From Schmidtea polychroa (Eukaryota), in the NCBI GenBank assembly GCA_044892525.1, contig CM097885.1, positions 10,480,001 to 10,544,000 of the forward strand: a stretch of DNA of 64,000 nt. Direction: 5' to 3'. Under the pieces are notes generated by a model. The model ran no database searches. It was given only the letters and a program-made list of their open reading frames with translations, and was not told the origin of the DNA. This document shows, piece by piece, positions 32,901 to 47,059 of the stretch. Made by a program: the position numbers and the translations under genes. How positions within the stretch are numbered: the stretch's first letter is position 1; each line of letters opens with the position of its first letter.

Positions 32901-35900
32901 GAAATGTTTAAAATCTCTATTTAAATCGACAATGTTCTTATTGGTAAATTTTAAAGGGAAATAGTCAGTATTTAGCTATGAATTAATAATAGTTCCTGTG
33001 AAATTATATCGTTTTAGAGGTTTATTAGGTTGTGATGAATGTTATTGCACAGTAATTTAGATTTATGTTTTAGAACCAGTTTTTTATTAATTATCCACTG
33101 TTTTATTAAGTCGTTTAGGGTTAATGATCAATTTACTTGGTTTTCACAATGAAATATTTGAAATCTTTAGAATTAATTGGGATTGATATCAAAGGTTATT
33201 GCTTTAAATTATTTACTTAAGAAGTTATTTTATTCATTGTGGGGACATCAGTGACAAAACTTGAGAAATATTGACTTAAAAGTTGGAAATCGACAACGGC
33301 TAAAGAAAATTGATCTTTATTGAAGGAATTTTATGATTTTAATTAGAAATTAAATCGGTTGAATATCTATTGAAGGAATATTGTTATCGGATGGATAAGT
33401 GATATTTTGCCAAATTACCTTTGCTAAATATTATAAATAAAATTAAGCACTATTCATAAATTGATGACCCAAAATATCAATGTTTTGGTTACTCAAACAT
33501 CTTAAATTTCTCGCAAAGATATATTACGTCTAATGATCATCTAATTAAATTAGAAAAGAATTGTAACCCTATATAAATATATATTTTTAACTAATAAGCA
33601 CCTTATTTGGTTAAATGATAACCATATTTCTATTATGACTCCTTCAAATATTTTTGCCTCAAACAAATTTACTCCAAATGATAAAGAATTTAAAATTATC
33701 AATGAATAATGACCATGTTTTTCTCATATTATTAACTATTGTAACGAACATTAGATGAATAAATTACCTTTTGCTTTAAATGACTACAAAGTTAAACAAT
33801 AAATTAGTCGCTCGACATAAGTGTAAAGTTACATTTAAAATATTCACAAATTTCTGATTATCTTACCTAAGAATTTCTAAATGATTAATATTGCGACTTG
33901 TTGAGTGTGACCAGTACCCTTGCTAGCAATACCCATAGGGGGACAGAATATTTTGTCGGATAAACTAGGAGTATATGGTCTTTATTGATATATCAAAATA
34001 CTGTTATTTATAAATTAACTAAAAATACTCAAAAATACTATATTATTTTACTGAATGATACCTTAAATGTTTTTAATATACATATTTCTAAAATAAATCA
34101 ACAGTTCAAACCAACAACATGTATGTATGACCACCCATTGTTAATTTATTTCCAGTGTCACGTCCCTCAAGAATACCGTGAGTGTTTTAACAAAACTGAG
34201 CTCAAAGAAACTTTCCAGATAACAACTCACCTGAATGTTTTGAACAAAAATGAGCGAAATTGAGAACAAACGATTAGATGGCGATTAACTTCTGGCCACA
34301 ACCCTAACAACATGAAAATTAAGATTTTAATTATTGAATTCGTTGTTTTCTGCCTGGAAATACTAACAGAATATTTTTTAATTCAAAGAATCTTCATTAT
34401 AAATTTTTGAATTTAAAAAATTAAATTAAGGATATATTAAATTTACAATACATAATATTATAATATTATAATATTATATAAAATTATATAAAATTATACT
34501 ATATAATAATGTTAATGTTTAAATATGCTTAAATAACTAAATTGTTTAAATATGTTTAAATAACTAAATTTAAATTATTTAAATATAATTCTGATATAAC
34601 GTTATTTCTTTCGTTTTAGTATCCATAAAGTAAGTAAATAAAGAATTTACTAAAATATTTTAATTATTTTACTTAGTAATGAAGAAAATGAATTATATAA
34701 TTATGAAGAAGATGAACAAAATGGTGAAACACTAAATGACTTATGTTCTGGATTTAGAAATTTCTTATTAAAACATGAATTATAGAAGAAAATGAACCAG
34801 ACAAAATGGTGAAACATTGCTATGTTCGGGATTTCTTAAATGAATTAGCTGATTGGGGGTGTCCTTCAACATGAATGTTTACTTAAATTATGTAAACTTT
34901 CAACGAATGTCAAGAAAAATGGGAAAAAACCGATGTTTTATCAATTAGATATTGTAAAGTACTACCTGAAGAATATTATTATTAATGTAAGACATGAATT
35001 AATTCTTTAAAATATATATATATTATATTTAGGTATCTGTGTTTTATGGTGGGAAATGACATTGAAAAAGTATACCACAAATAACAGTTGCCTAATTTAT
35101 CAAGCCTGTGACGATAAAATGCTAGATAATGTAAGTTAATTGCTTTTAAATCAATATAAATTTTAGCAATGATAGTTGACACCGCATCAGAAACTAAGAA
35201 ATATGTCCAATTTGCAAGATGTATTCCATGAAATCACTATCAAATGGCCCGATGGAGATGATAATTTTGAGATAGAATACCAGCAGAAGAGCGAGAAAAA
35301 TTTGTAAATTAAATATAATAGGGTTGGGTGGGTCCTCTTTATCCCTTAATTAATATATATTTACAAGCTGATCGTCGTGGTGGGCGGTTGTAATCCAACT
35401 AGTGGGAGGCCTCTGTAAATATATATTTGTGTTAGTGAAAACATTAATTAATTTGGTTATAGTGCCAATGACGCATGTATTTTGAAATTATACGTTTCGA
35501 ATGTGCTGGTAGTTGACTACCCATGCTAGGCGTAATGTTCCGTACGGAAAGCTATAATGCCCAGGTTCTTCTGACCCCACTTGGGGGAGGCACAGACGAC
35601 CCTTGTGGACGCGAACAAATATCCACCGTGTCTTTCAGGCACAGATATTTGGTCACTGCTCATTAGGCCTGGCAATACTAAATGCATAAACTTTGCCTTG
35701 TCCTCTCTTGTCTTGATTTTTATCGTTTAAATAGTATGTGTCATAAGTTTTATTTACTAACCCTAATTAATATACCCTTGCGATATGTTGAATGTGAGTA
35801 GTAGCCTTGCTAGCAGTACCCTTAGGGGGACAGAATATTTTGTCGGATAAACTAGGAGTATATACACCCATGTTAAACAAGGTATGTGTATATAGAATGT

Positions 35901-36346
35901 ATGTATAAAATTATCGCTCCATATTGACAACTTCCTGTAAAGGCAAACACAGAATACTGCAAACATATAATAATTCTCTACCCCATAACTTAGTGTGTAA
36001 AAATATTTTAGGTTTTCACTAATAGTGATAATAATAATTGTTAATGGGTTGTGTGTGTGTGTAAAAAATATTTGAGATTTTCACTAATATTGATAATAAT
36101 AATGGTTTATGAGTGTTTTTATGTTTTTGACTAATATTTGCAATAATAATAATGGTTAATGGGCTGTGTGTGTGTGTGTGTAGAAAATATTTTAGGTTTT
36201 CACTAATATTGATAATAATAATTGTTAGTGGGTTGTGTGAGTGTGTAGAAAATATTTTAGGTTTTTAATACTGATAATAATAATAATGGTTGAGGGGTTG
36301 TGTGTGTAAACCATATTTTAGATTTTTCATTAACAATAATAATAAT

Positions 36347-36395
<49 letters not shown>

Positions 36396-36631
36396 TGAAA
36401 TGTATGTTGTAGTGAGCACACCACTAATTATATGAGTTGAGCGTATATTTAAAGAATAATATTTAGAATTTAGAAAGTTTTACCTTGAATATTTTTACCA
36501 GTACCTTTGTGAACAATAACCATGTGACTTGTTGAGTGTGAGTAGTACCCTTGCTAGCAATACCCATAGGGAGACAGAATATTTTGTCGGATAGACTAGG
36601 AGTATATATATTAATAATAATAATAATAATA

Positions 36632-36679
<48 letters not shown>

Positions 36680-36682
36680 TAA

Positions 36683-36728
<46 letters not shown>

Positions 36729-39700
36729 CTTAGAAACTAAAAACTTAGAAAATAATAATTATTTTAATAAATGACCTTGAAAAATTAAATGACCTTGAAA
36801 AGTAAATGACCTTGAAAATTAAATGACCTTGAAAAATTAAATGACCTTGAAAATTAAATGACCTTGAAAATTAAATGACCTTGAAAATAAAAAGATTACT
36901 TAATTAAAACAAAAAATTAAATTAAAAAAAAAATGACCTTGACCTTGATGAGTCATATGACCTTGGGAATGACCTTGATGAGTCATCGTTCTAAAAATAT
37001 TAGACATCGTTGGGTGAGTCATTGGGTGAGTCATTCTCTTTGTTAATATTAATGATGATGATACCTTCTATGGCTCATTCGAAAGGTCTTGGACTGAGCT
37101 TTAAGATGAGGTATCGTCCAATAAATTCGGATAATGGGAACATTAATTTTTGGGATGAAAAAAAGTAGGGGCCCGCCCGGCCAATTAATAATTATATGAC
37201 CTTGAAAATGATTTTTGGTAAAATGTTAATAACTTTGTCAATAATAATGATGATGATACCTTCTATGAATCAATCGAAAGGTCTTGCATTGGGCTTTAAA
37301 ATGAGCTATCGTTGAATAATTATCGTTGTCGGGAACTCTGTACATTTAAATTTTAAAATATGACCTTGAAAAAATAAATGACCTTGAAAAAATAAATGAC
37401 CTTGAAAAAATAAATGACCTTGAAAAAATAAATGACCTTGAAAAAAATAAATGACCTTGACCTTGACCTTGAAAATAATATTTTGAAAAATAAATGACCT
37501 TGAAAAATGGTCTCGGTAAAACTTTAATAACTTTGCCGATGTTAATGATGATGATACCTTCTATGGCTCAATTGAAAGGTCTTAGACTACGCTTCAAAAT
37601 AAGCTATCGATTAATAAATTCGGATAATGGGAACATTAATTTTTGGGATGAGAAAAAGTATGTCCCCGCCCGGCCAATTAATAATATTTTGAATAATAAT
37701 AATAATTTAACGTTGAAAAGATGGTGGTCATCAATTGTTAATAACTTTGTCAATATTAATGATGATGATACCTTCTATGGATCAATCGAAAGGTCTTGGA
37801 CTGAGCTTTAAGATGAGGTATCGTCCAATAAATTCGGATAATGGGAACATTAATTTTTGGGATGAAAAAAAGTAGGGGCCCGCCCGGCCAATTAATAATT
37901 ATATGACCTTGAAAATGATTTTTGGTAAAATGTTAATAACTTTGTCAATAATAATGATGATGATACCTTCTATGAATCAATCGAAAGGTCTTGCATTGGG
38001 CTTTAAAATGAGCTATCGTTGAATAATTATCGTTGTCGGGAACTCTGTACATTTAAATTTTAAAATATGACCTTGAAAAAATAAATGACCTTGAAAAAAT
38101 AAATGACCTTGAAAAAATAAATGACCTTGAAAAAATAAATGACCTTGAAAAAAATAAATGACCTTGACCTTGACCTTGAAAATAATATTTTGAAAAATAA
38201 ATGACCTTGAAAAATGGTCTCGGTAAAACTTTAATAACTTTGCCGATGTTAATGATGATGATACCTTCTATGGCTCAATTGAAAGGTCTTAGACTACGCT
38301 TCAAAATAAGCTATCGATTAATAAATTCGGATAATGGGAACATTAATTTTTGGGATGAGAAAAAGTATGTCCCCGCCCGGCCAATTAATAATATTTTGAA
38401 TAATAATAATAATTTAACGTTGAAAAGATGGTGGTCATCAATTGTTAATAACTTTGTCAATATTAATGATGATGATACCTTCTATGGATCAATCGAAAGG
38501 TCTTGGACTGAGCTTTAAGATGAGGTATCGTCCAATAAAATCCGTTGGTGGGAACATTAATTTTTGGGATGAAAAAAAGTGTGAGCCCGCCAGGCCAATT
38601 AATAATATTTTGGAAAATAATAATAATTTAACGTTGAAAAGATGGTGGTCATCAATTGTTAATAACATTAAAACTATTAAAGATATATATGATACCTATA
38701 GCTCATTCGAAAGGTCTTGGACTGTGCTTTAAGATGAGGTATCGGTCAATAAAATCTGTAAACGAGAACATTAATTTTTGGGATGAAAAAAAGTGTGAGC
38801 CCGCCAGGCCAATTAATTAAAACAAAAAATTAAAAAAAAAATTTTTTTCCCGGGGGGGGGAGGGGGTATATGTGGCGCGGGGAGCTCCTGGTCTGGGGAG
38901 CTCCAATCATACTACTCACAACTGTTCCATATTAAGAAAAGCATTGAAATGCTTAATTATATATTTTTAATAATATTTTGATTAAAGTAAAATATTTATA
39001 TAGCAAAAATTACTAAACAAAATTAGAAACAATAAAACTAGAAAATAATCCAAATTTTCAATTTTTGACAAGAGTGTTATTTACGTAATTAAATAAAAAA
39101 CTTCTTTATTTTGAATAATTATATCATAAATTCTAAAAAATCTTTTTAAGCAATCTTAACATTAAAAAATGACAATTAATAAAATAACCTTGACATTAGC
39201 ACAATTGACCTGCCCCTAATTTATGTCTTATTAAATACATAAATGATTTGGACTGATTGTAAAAAAGAACCCACAACTTAGACTAATGTTATGAAAATAT
39301 TATTGTTAAACTCTAGTAACCTCAACTCGATGATTATTATATATAATTATTAACACAATTACTGTTTTAAAAGATTTATATGATATAACAATGATGTAAT
39401 AATAATATTTATCTTGTCAAACTTTGAAATTATTCTTAAACGCAAAAACATTTTTTGGTCTCATGAGACTGAAAAACCTTTTGTTTAGCAATATTTTTCA
39501 GCTCCGATTTGTTAATGTTGGTTAGATTTAGAATGCCGGAATTTCAGGATTAAAATATGTACCGGGATCCCGGAATTGGATGTCCTAGAATTTAATAATT
39601 TAGTTATTTATATTTAACTTTCTTATGTATTTTTAATAGTCTTACTCAATTAAAATACATAATAAATATTATATAAAGTATTTGTTAATGGAAGTGTGCA

Positions 39701-42559
39701 CAGATTAATTAAATATAAAAATTAAAATTAATTAAACAATAAATATAATACAAATTAAAAATATATAAATTTTCCACCATCAAGAAATTCATTTTCATAA
39801 TATTTCACATACAATAATGTCAATAAATGTTGATAAACCATGAATCACATAAATCTGATAAATGTCATATTAATAATTATGAATTGATAAACGTTATATT
39901 ATTTATCTGATCATATTTTGTTCAATTATACATTTTATTGCATTAATGATATTTATTAAAAATTATCATATTTTTCACATTTAAAAAAAAATTAAAAAAA
40001 AATTACATTGAGTTAAAATTCTTTGTTTAATTATTTTTTCCCCAACTTTTTGAAATAGAAAAAAAATTCCCCGGAATATATAAATTGAGAAAATATATAT
40101 TTTAAAAATTAAAACACTTGATAATTGATTGCGTTTAGATTTCTAATTTCCCTCAATTATCTGAATTTGGCTTTTCTTAAAGAAACCAAAATTCGTAAAA
40201 AATACTGTAATTTTATTTATATTTATTAAATATTCTCCTAATTTGACTGTGACAGAAAAATAAAAGAGCTACTTAAAAAACTTTTGTCAAAATTATCATA
40301 TATATAAGTTACAGCAAATATTGTACTTTTCACAATTCCAACACCTTATCCAACCTTCATCTTATTCAAAAATAAGTTATAAATTATAATTTCATTTATC
40401 AATTGCTCTTTACAATTCTTCAAGAGTTATCTGAGACTTTAAAGATGTATTTTCGGAATCTAAAGAAAGATTCACCAATTTACATATTTGTTCAGATTGA
40501 GTGTTGGTAACAAATTTACAACTTTATTTTGCACAATTAATTTACGTGTCTTGAATATTTTGATCTGTCGAGGTTTTCATCATTCAAATTATCATTTTAA
40601 ATTTCTTATGTCGTTTCAAAAGTACGTCATATTCACGCGTCATCTTTTGTGGTTAAATAGAAAATACAGCAACGCACAAAAAGATTGTGAAGGATGAGGA
40701 CCGGGCCGGATTTAATTTCCCTTTGTCCCATGGTTTTGATCTCATGTCACTAATAAAATGTCACTAAAAGGCATACATTTATATGGTTATACATTTATTT
40801 GCACGGACTAATAACATCTATAATATACAAAAAATCAATTGTTATATTATGGAAACACGCAAACTTACCTGTGTATTGAATTTTGATTTTTCACTATTAA
40901 TAACATTTCACTATAAAATTTGAGAAAGTGGTAGAAAACAAATTTAACACACAAACACAAAACATAATAAATAATGCATGTGAATCTTCTATATGTAGAA
41001 TTATTTCATGAAATAATTCCATTTTAAATTATTATTGAAATTATTTCGTCAAAAATGGCGGAAAAATCTTTTTTTTGAAAATTCAAACAACTTTACTTTG
41101 AGTTGTTGAGAAAAACAAATTTTGTAAGATTTATTTATTAGTTTTAATAAATTTAATAATAATAAAAAAAAATTCAGATATTTCTGAAATTTCGTTGAAA
41201 ACTTTCCCTTTATGCGAAGATAACACGATGATTACATAAGAATTATTCTTTAAATACTTCTGAATAATACAGTCAGGAGTTTCTACAGTTGCAACAACCT
41301 TTGGGAAAAAACTTGTGAATCGTAAGTTGTTTTTAAAATTAAGTAGAAGAGCTAATAGGATTTTCCAATTTGAGAGAATCATCAATCCCATATAAAGTGG
41401 TGAAGATTATTATGATTTTTAATGTGTTAAAAAAATATAGAATTTTTTTGAGATTATTTTTGTTTTTAATAAATTATAATGTAAATACATCTAACTTACT
41501 TTAATTCGAAATAAATTCCAAATTATATTGCATAAATTCAAAAATATCTGAAAAAAGTAATTAAAAATAAATTAAAACAAAAAGTAATATAAAAGTGATA
41601 TTTAAGAGTTTTACCTCATATCTTTATAAAATCAAAATTCTTAAAATATTCTTTTTTTCTCTTAGTTGGCGACTGTAGTAGAATGCCACATTTTATCATT
41701 TTTATGAGTCAAAACTGTTCCTAAATTAGGTTTTGTTTTTATTCCCATTTCTGTGTCCCAACGGCATGAAACGAAATGTTTTAAAAAACTATATAAAAAC
41801 TATAACGAAAACTAATAAAAAAATCAGCAAATCAATATACGAATTAATAACTACAAATCCTGATACTCAACCAGAACAATATTCTACAAATTAATAACAT
41901 TTAAAGATACAAATCCTGATATTCAACCGAACAATATTCTACAGATTAATAACTCTCAATATAACAATATTATTATAACAAACAAATCAATAATCTTACA
42001 TTATAGAAACATACATACTTACTTTGATTTCACGTTGATGTTCTCATTTATAGCTCAGTGAGATACATCTTATACTATAGAAATTTGAAAAGTGGAAGAA
42101 AAATTAGAAACTGCACACAAGCGCAACACATACTAAAAACCACATACAAACCTTTGTTAATTATAATTAAAAATATATCTGACTCACATTTTTTCGAAAT
42201 AATTCCAAAATGCTCAAAAATAAATGTCATAAAATTCCTAAAAATCCCTGAAAATTAATTAAAAATAATTTATAATTATACTATTGACTAAAAGTAAAAT
42301 TTAAGAACTTGAATAATGATCTCATATCTATATGGATCAAAATTCAAGCCTTAAAATTTACTTAAAATTAAATATCTTACCTGAAAGCCATTTCTAAAAT
42401 GGCTAAAATAAATTTAGAAAAATACATTCATGATGAGAAATTGATAAATAAATTAGTAATTTTATCATTGTAATTGGTGAGTGAATAACTTTACACATTA
42501 ACCACCACTATAGAGAATGTATTTCAGTGATGTTTGATGTTTGTAATAAATCACAAGAT

Positions 42560-42785
42560 GCAAACTTTCTAAACCAACATTGGTATTTAATGAACTTTAA
42601 CAGTTAGACTGCGGAGAGTCAATAAATTGACGCATAGTATGTCTCTTCAATTACTTCAGCAGCGTAATATAACTAAGTTGCGCATATATTTCTAGTAGCC
42701 TCAGTTGCATTGATCACTTAAAAAAACAAAAACTACATGGAATGTCTTAAATGAGTCTCATCAACTTCTGTGTCAAACCCTATAA
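42560..42785 (-). mobile_element. Decayed mariner-like 5' fragment
   Basis: Minus strand gives INATEATRNICAT, resembling a mariner N-terminal HTH, with stops. Preceded by a TA-flanked TIR-like end near 42782. Confidence 0.4.
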
Positions 42786-44249
42786 TCTATATTATTTTAG
42801 ATTATAGATTTCGAAAATAATTAATTACTTTCCACTACACGTTTAATTATTTAATAAAATAAATGTTTTTAATTTTTTAAATAATAATTGATTACTTTCC
42901 AGTACTTTTATATATTCTATTATTTGATTTAGAATATTGTTTATGTTTTTCTCTTTTTTTTCTATAATTGGTATTTATTAAAAATAAACTTTCATATTTT
43001 TCTAATCAATTTAAATTGCAAAACAAATTTCCATATCCAAATAAATCATAAATAATTTTACGTAAAATTACAGTGGAAAAATTGTTTTCAAAAATTTTCC
43101 TTAGCCTGCCTTCCGGAGTTCCAGAAATACAATTCTTATCGGGATATTTTCAAGTCTGAATAACTGTATTTTTATCACACAAATCCTAGACATCCATATT
43201 GATAAATTTATAATTAAGATTGATAAAAAATTTTATAAAAATAATTCACAGAAAATATATTTTGTTTTTCATATTTGCATTTTTGGTAACATAATTTTTG
43301 TGCATAAAGAAAGATAAAATGTTAGGAAAATTTTCAAAAAAATAGATATTTATTTATTTTATTATTATTTAAATTTTTATTTATTTTATTATTAATTAAA
43401 ATAATGTTATTGACTTCATAGTAAAAAAAACTTATTAATAAAATAATTAAATAAAAAATTATAATAAATAAATTATAAAATAATTAATAAATATTATATA
43501 TAAATAAAATTTGAATTTGGTAACAAATACTATTATTTATATTATTTTTATTAGCTCTAAAAAGGATTTATATTAAATTATATTTCGATTTTTTAATATA
43601 ATTTTAATTTTTTTAATCCGATTTTATTTTGTTTTAACAAAGCAAACATAATTACAAAAGCCATGAAATGGAAATCAAAAGTAAAATATATGTTATTAAT
43701 CCATTTGCTGGAAATTTAATTTATAATTTAAATAAAGTAAATTTAATTATTTATAATTAATAATTAAATGAAACTTTGGAATTGTGCAAATAATTGTCAT
43801 GCTAAATATTTACTCATATTCTATCACAGTTATGGCGGGCAGTTTTGGCAAGGTAATATACACGAATTCGACATATTCTTCTAAACCTCCACAATTAGCT
43901 CGAGTCTACTATAAAGAGGATTTAAGACCCCTTATTCTCAAAATTTGCATTCTAGCACATTTTTCATTTAAAAATCATATATAATCTACTTTTCTTCCGA
44001 AATTACGATAAACATATTTCACGTATTTGCTACAACAGTTGTATCGCAGAACATATTTCGAATTTTAACATCTAGTTCTAAGATGAATATCTTTCCTTAT
44101 CTTACAAATATGTAAAATCCTTTTCTTTTCTCTGCTTTCTAATGATTAACCTTTTCGCGTCGAAGACCCCGTATTCCCGCATGAATTTTATGAAACCACC
44201 CATTAGATATTATATAATAGAAAATCGTCAACTAAGCATATTAAAATAT

Positions 44250-45009
44250 AAATTTGTTATATATTTCAACCGTTTAATAGTCTTCTTCAGACTGGGAATC
44301 GTATTAATAACAACTAAATAAAAATGGTAATATTCAAACAAATTAACAAATAATAATCGTAATCAAATTGTCGTAATCAATAATTAATCAAAATATTAAT
44401 CCTAATCAAATTTTTTTTAAATTAATATGAAAAATAAATTTAATTTAAATTTAAAAATAGTTTTCATACAAAAAAATTTAACAAACAACAACATTTAAAA
44501 TATTAATTATACAAAAGAAATTATTTAAATAAATTCAAAATCCCTGTTGACTTGGTACTTTGAATATTAATTATAAGATTTAAAGATCTAATCAGCAACG
44601 TTTTAAACGTCACTGGTACCCAATAATTACTCAAACTCTTCGACAAAATATAAAAATCAGAAATACTTTTTTTACTGGTACACTTCTTAAAATGATCACT
44701 AATATGGGTCAATCCATTCCGTTGTCAATGCCCAAGAACTCGAGTGCAAAGAATACGGGTAGTCTCTCCAATGTATGTGGCATTACATCCTTTACACGAA
44801 AATTGATACACGAGTTGTAAACACAGACCAACTGGAGTTGGAGACTTATTTGTGAACATGCTGCCAACCTTGCAAGACGTTGAAACGATCCTAAAGATCG
44901 TCTTATCTACATGTTTAAGGATCTTATGCTTGAATTTGCTGAAACCTTCAGAATAATGTAATACCAACACATTTATAATTAAGCTCTCCAGAATCAGTTG
45001 AATTATCAC
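44250..45009 (-). mobile_element. Penelope-like element remnant (GIY-YIG endonuclease end)
   Basis: LVYQFSCKGCNATYIGETTRILCTRV.GH followed by ISDHFKKC...F.IL in a broken frame. CTGAAGA...GAAA motif downstream. Confidence 0.8.
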
Positions 45010-46948
45010 ATTGTAAGTAATTTCAAGAAGATGTATTTTGTCTTACGATAACGAAACCCATCATTTAGCAGCAGCTCTTTTCCTTTCTGTGATTTCTTCA
45101 TCATGAATTATAACTTATCAATTTTTTTTAAAATTTTTATTTAAAAATACAGAGATGGCCTATTTATATAGGATACCAATTCTACATGGTAGGCACAAAA
45201 GTATTTGAACCGTGTCATTTTAATTGGAATTATTTAAGTCAATTTGAATAATAAATTGAGGATAAATTGCAGATCAGTGCAAACAATATTTATTGAGAGA
45301 TTTTATCATAGAATTAATAAATGAATTCAGATATTTTGGTATTATTTTTTATGATTTCCTTTGTTTAATTACATTTCTTTCTCCAGTTCATTGATGACAG
45401 CTGAATTCTTTCTTACTTGTAGCAATTAATTAATTAATATTTCAGCCCTCCAAACAGCAAACAGTTTATTTCCCAATATTGTAATTTTGAATGAGATAAA
45501 TTGGGTTGGGCATTTTTGACGGTGCTCTCTTGTTGGCATTGGTTTTATTGAATCATTTTGACCGGGTGACATTTAATTGGAAAGAATACAACATCAGCAA
45601 TCTTTTGTAGGATTATTTCGAAGAGGATTATTTCATTATCGAAATTCTCATTACTCATTTATTAAATATTTGTTATTAAGTTTGTTTAAATATTGTTTGC
45701 GGTGTCAATAAAGTAAATGGTAACTGTGAGATGTTTAAAAATACTCTAAAGATTTCTATAAATTAATTTAAAGGTGTATTTTTTAAAGGAAACAATTCTT
45801 TTAAAGTAAAAATAATTATGAAGTTAAACTTTTAATTATCCGAATTGTAAAAATCAAATTTAAAATTACAATAATAAATCAAATAAAGTTTTATTCAATA
45901 TATAGGTTTATTAAAATATAACTGAAATTAATTAAAAAAAAAATAAAAAAAATACAATAATTAAAAATCGTATGTTGAATGTATGTATGAATATTTAAAA
46001 AAATCCTGTCAAGAAAAATTGCATAGTTTGGATTCTCCTAACTTTGTTTTAATATTGTGTAATAAAATACATATTTCTGATAACGTGAAATTATTTTTAA
46101 TTTAATGATCGATGCAATTAACACACGAAGTTCGGGATAAAAAGATACTAATAGTAATAATTGAATGCTTATTTTATAAATAGAATAATTATCAATATAA
46201 AATATGCCAAATAATGATATGATGTATTGAATGATTGCGGAATATTGGAAATCTTAAAATTCTTTCTTTGACAACCTTTTTTTTTAAATATATATTATCC
46301 TATTGAAATCTTTAATTAAATTATGAATGTTTTAAATACTGAGAGTTCCGACAAAAACGGTAACTTTAATGTACGCAATTATTTCAAAGAAAACATATTT
46401 ATTTATTAACATAAAGTCTCCAGTAGTTAATGGATGATTTTATTGAAAATGCAATGATAAGATTAAGGGAAAGAGATTAGGAACCCGAAAATAATTTACA
46501 AACCCAATATTTAATTCATTAATTAAGCCTATCTAAATAATCTACACTTATAAAATTATGTAATAATTCGTTCACATATACCTTCCTGTCAGTGCTAGAT
46601 CAAACAAAATCAGTTTATTTCACAAATACAACTTTTTAATCATAGATTCAAACAATATTTCAAATAACTAATTTGCAGTGTCTATTGAATGGCAAATTAG
46701 TAAAAATAAATTTGTTTTTTTTCAATTTGAAAAAAAATGAATATTAATTATTTATATTATATAAATTTGGCATTAAATATAATAAAAGTTAAATTTAATA
46801 AATAACTAAATTTTGTATTAATTCTATATAAATAAGTTTTATAATTTAAAACTAATTTGGACATGAAGCTATGAAATAGTTGAACATTTTCTTTAATGTA
46901 AAAATTAAAATCTACATTGAATAAATTTTTTTTATTTATTTATTTTCA

Positions 46949-47059
46949 TTTGACATTGTAGTGTAGTTAAAAAGCATGACTATGAATCAATAAATATATC
47001 GATGTTTTTTTATATATTTACTGATTCATAGTCAAGCTTTTTAATAAATACAATGTCAA
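46949..47059. repeat. ~110-bp imperfect palindrome (MITE-like)
   Basis: TTGACATTGTA..TTAAAAAGCATGACTATGAATCAATAAATATA / TATATTTACTGATTCATAGTCAAGCTTTTTAA..TACAATGTCAA. Confidence 0.75.

Larger units (their letters stand above)
24274..38916. mobile_element. Giant palindromic non-autonomous Maverick-like element, copy A (14.6 kb)
   Basis: AGTAGTA...TACTACT termini. 6-bp TSD CACAAC at 24268-24273 and 38917-38922. Inverted arms 24274-31110 and 31805-38916 around a 694-bp spacer. No recognisable protein gene. Confidence 0.9.

Noticed and set aside
24274..38916. Palindromes as assembly or fold-back read artefacts
   Set aside because: Unique flanks with exact TSDs, asymmetric spacers, arm-specific indels and two diverged copies argue for real elements.
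41131..41391. 86-aa minus-strand ORF as a host exon
   Set aside because: No recognisable motif, and I could not build a consistent exon chain.
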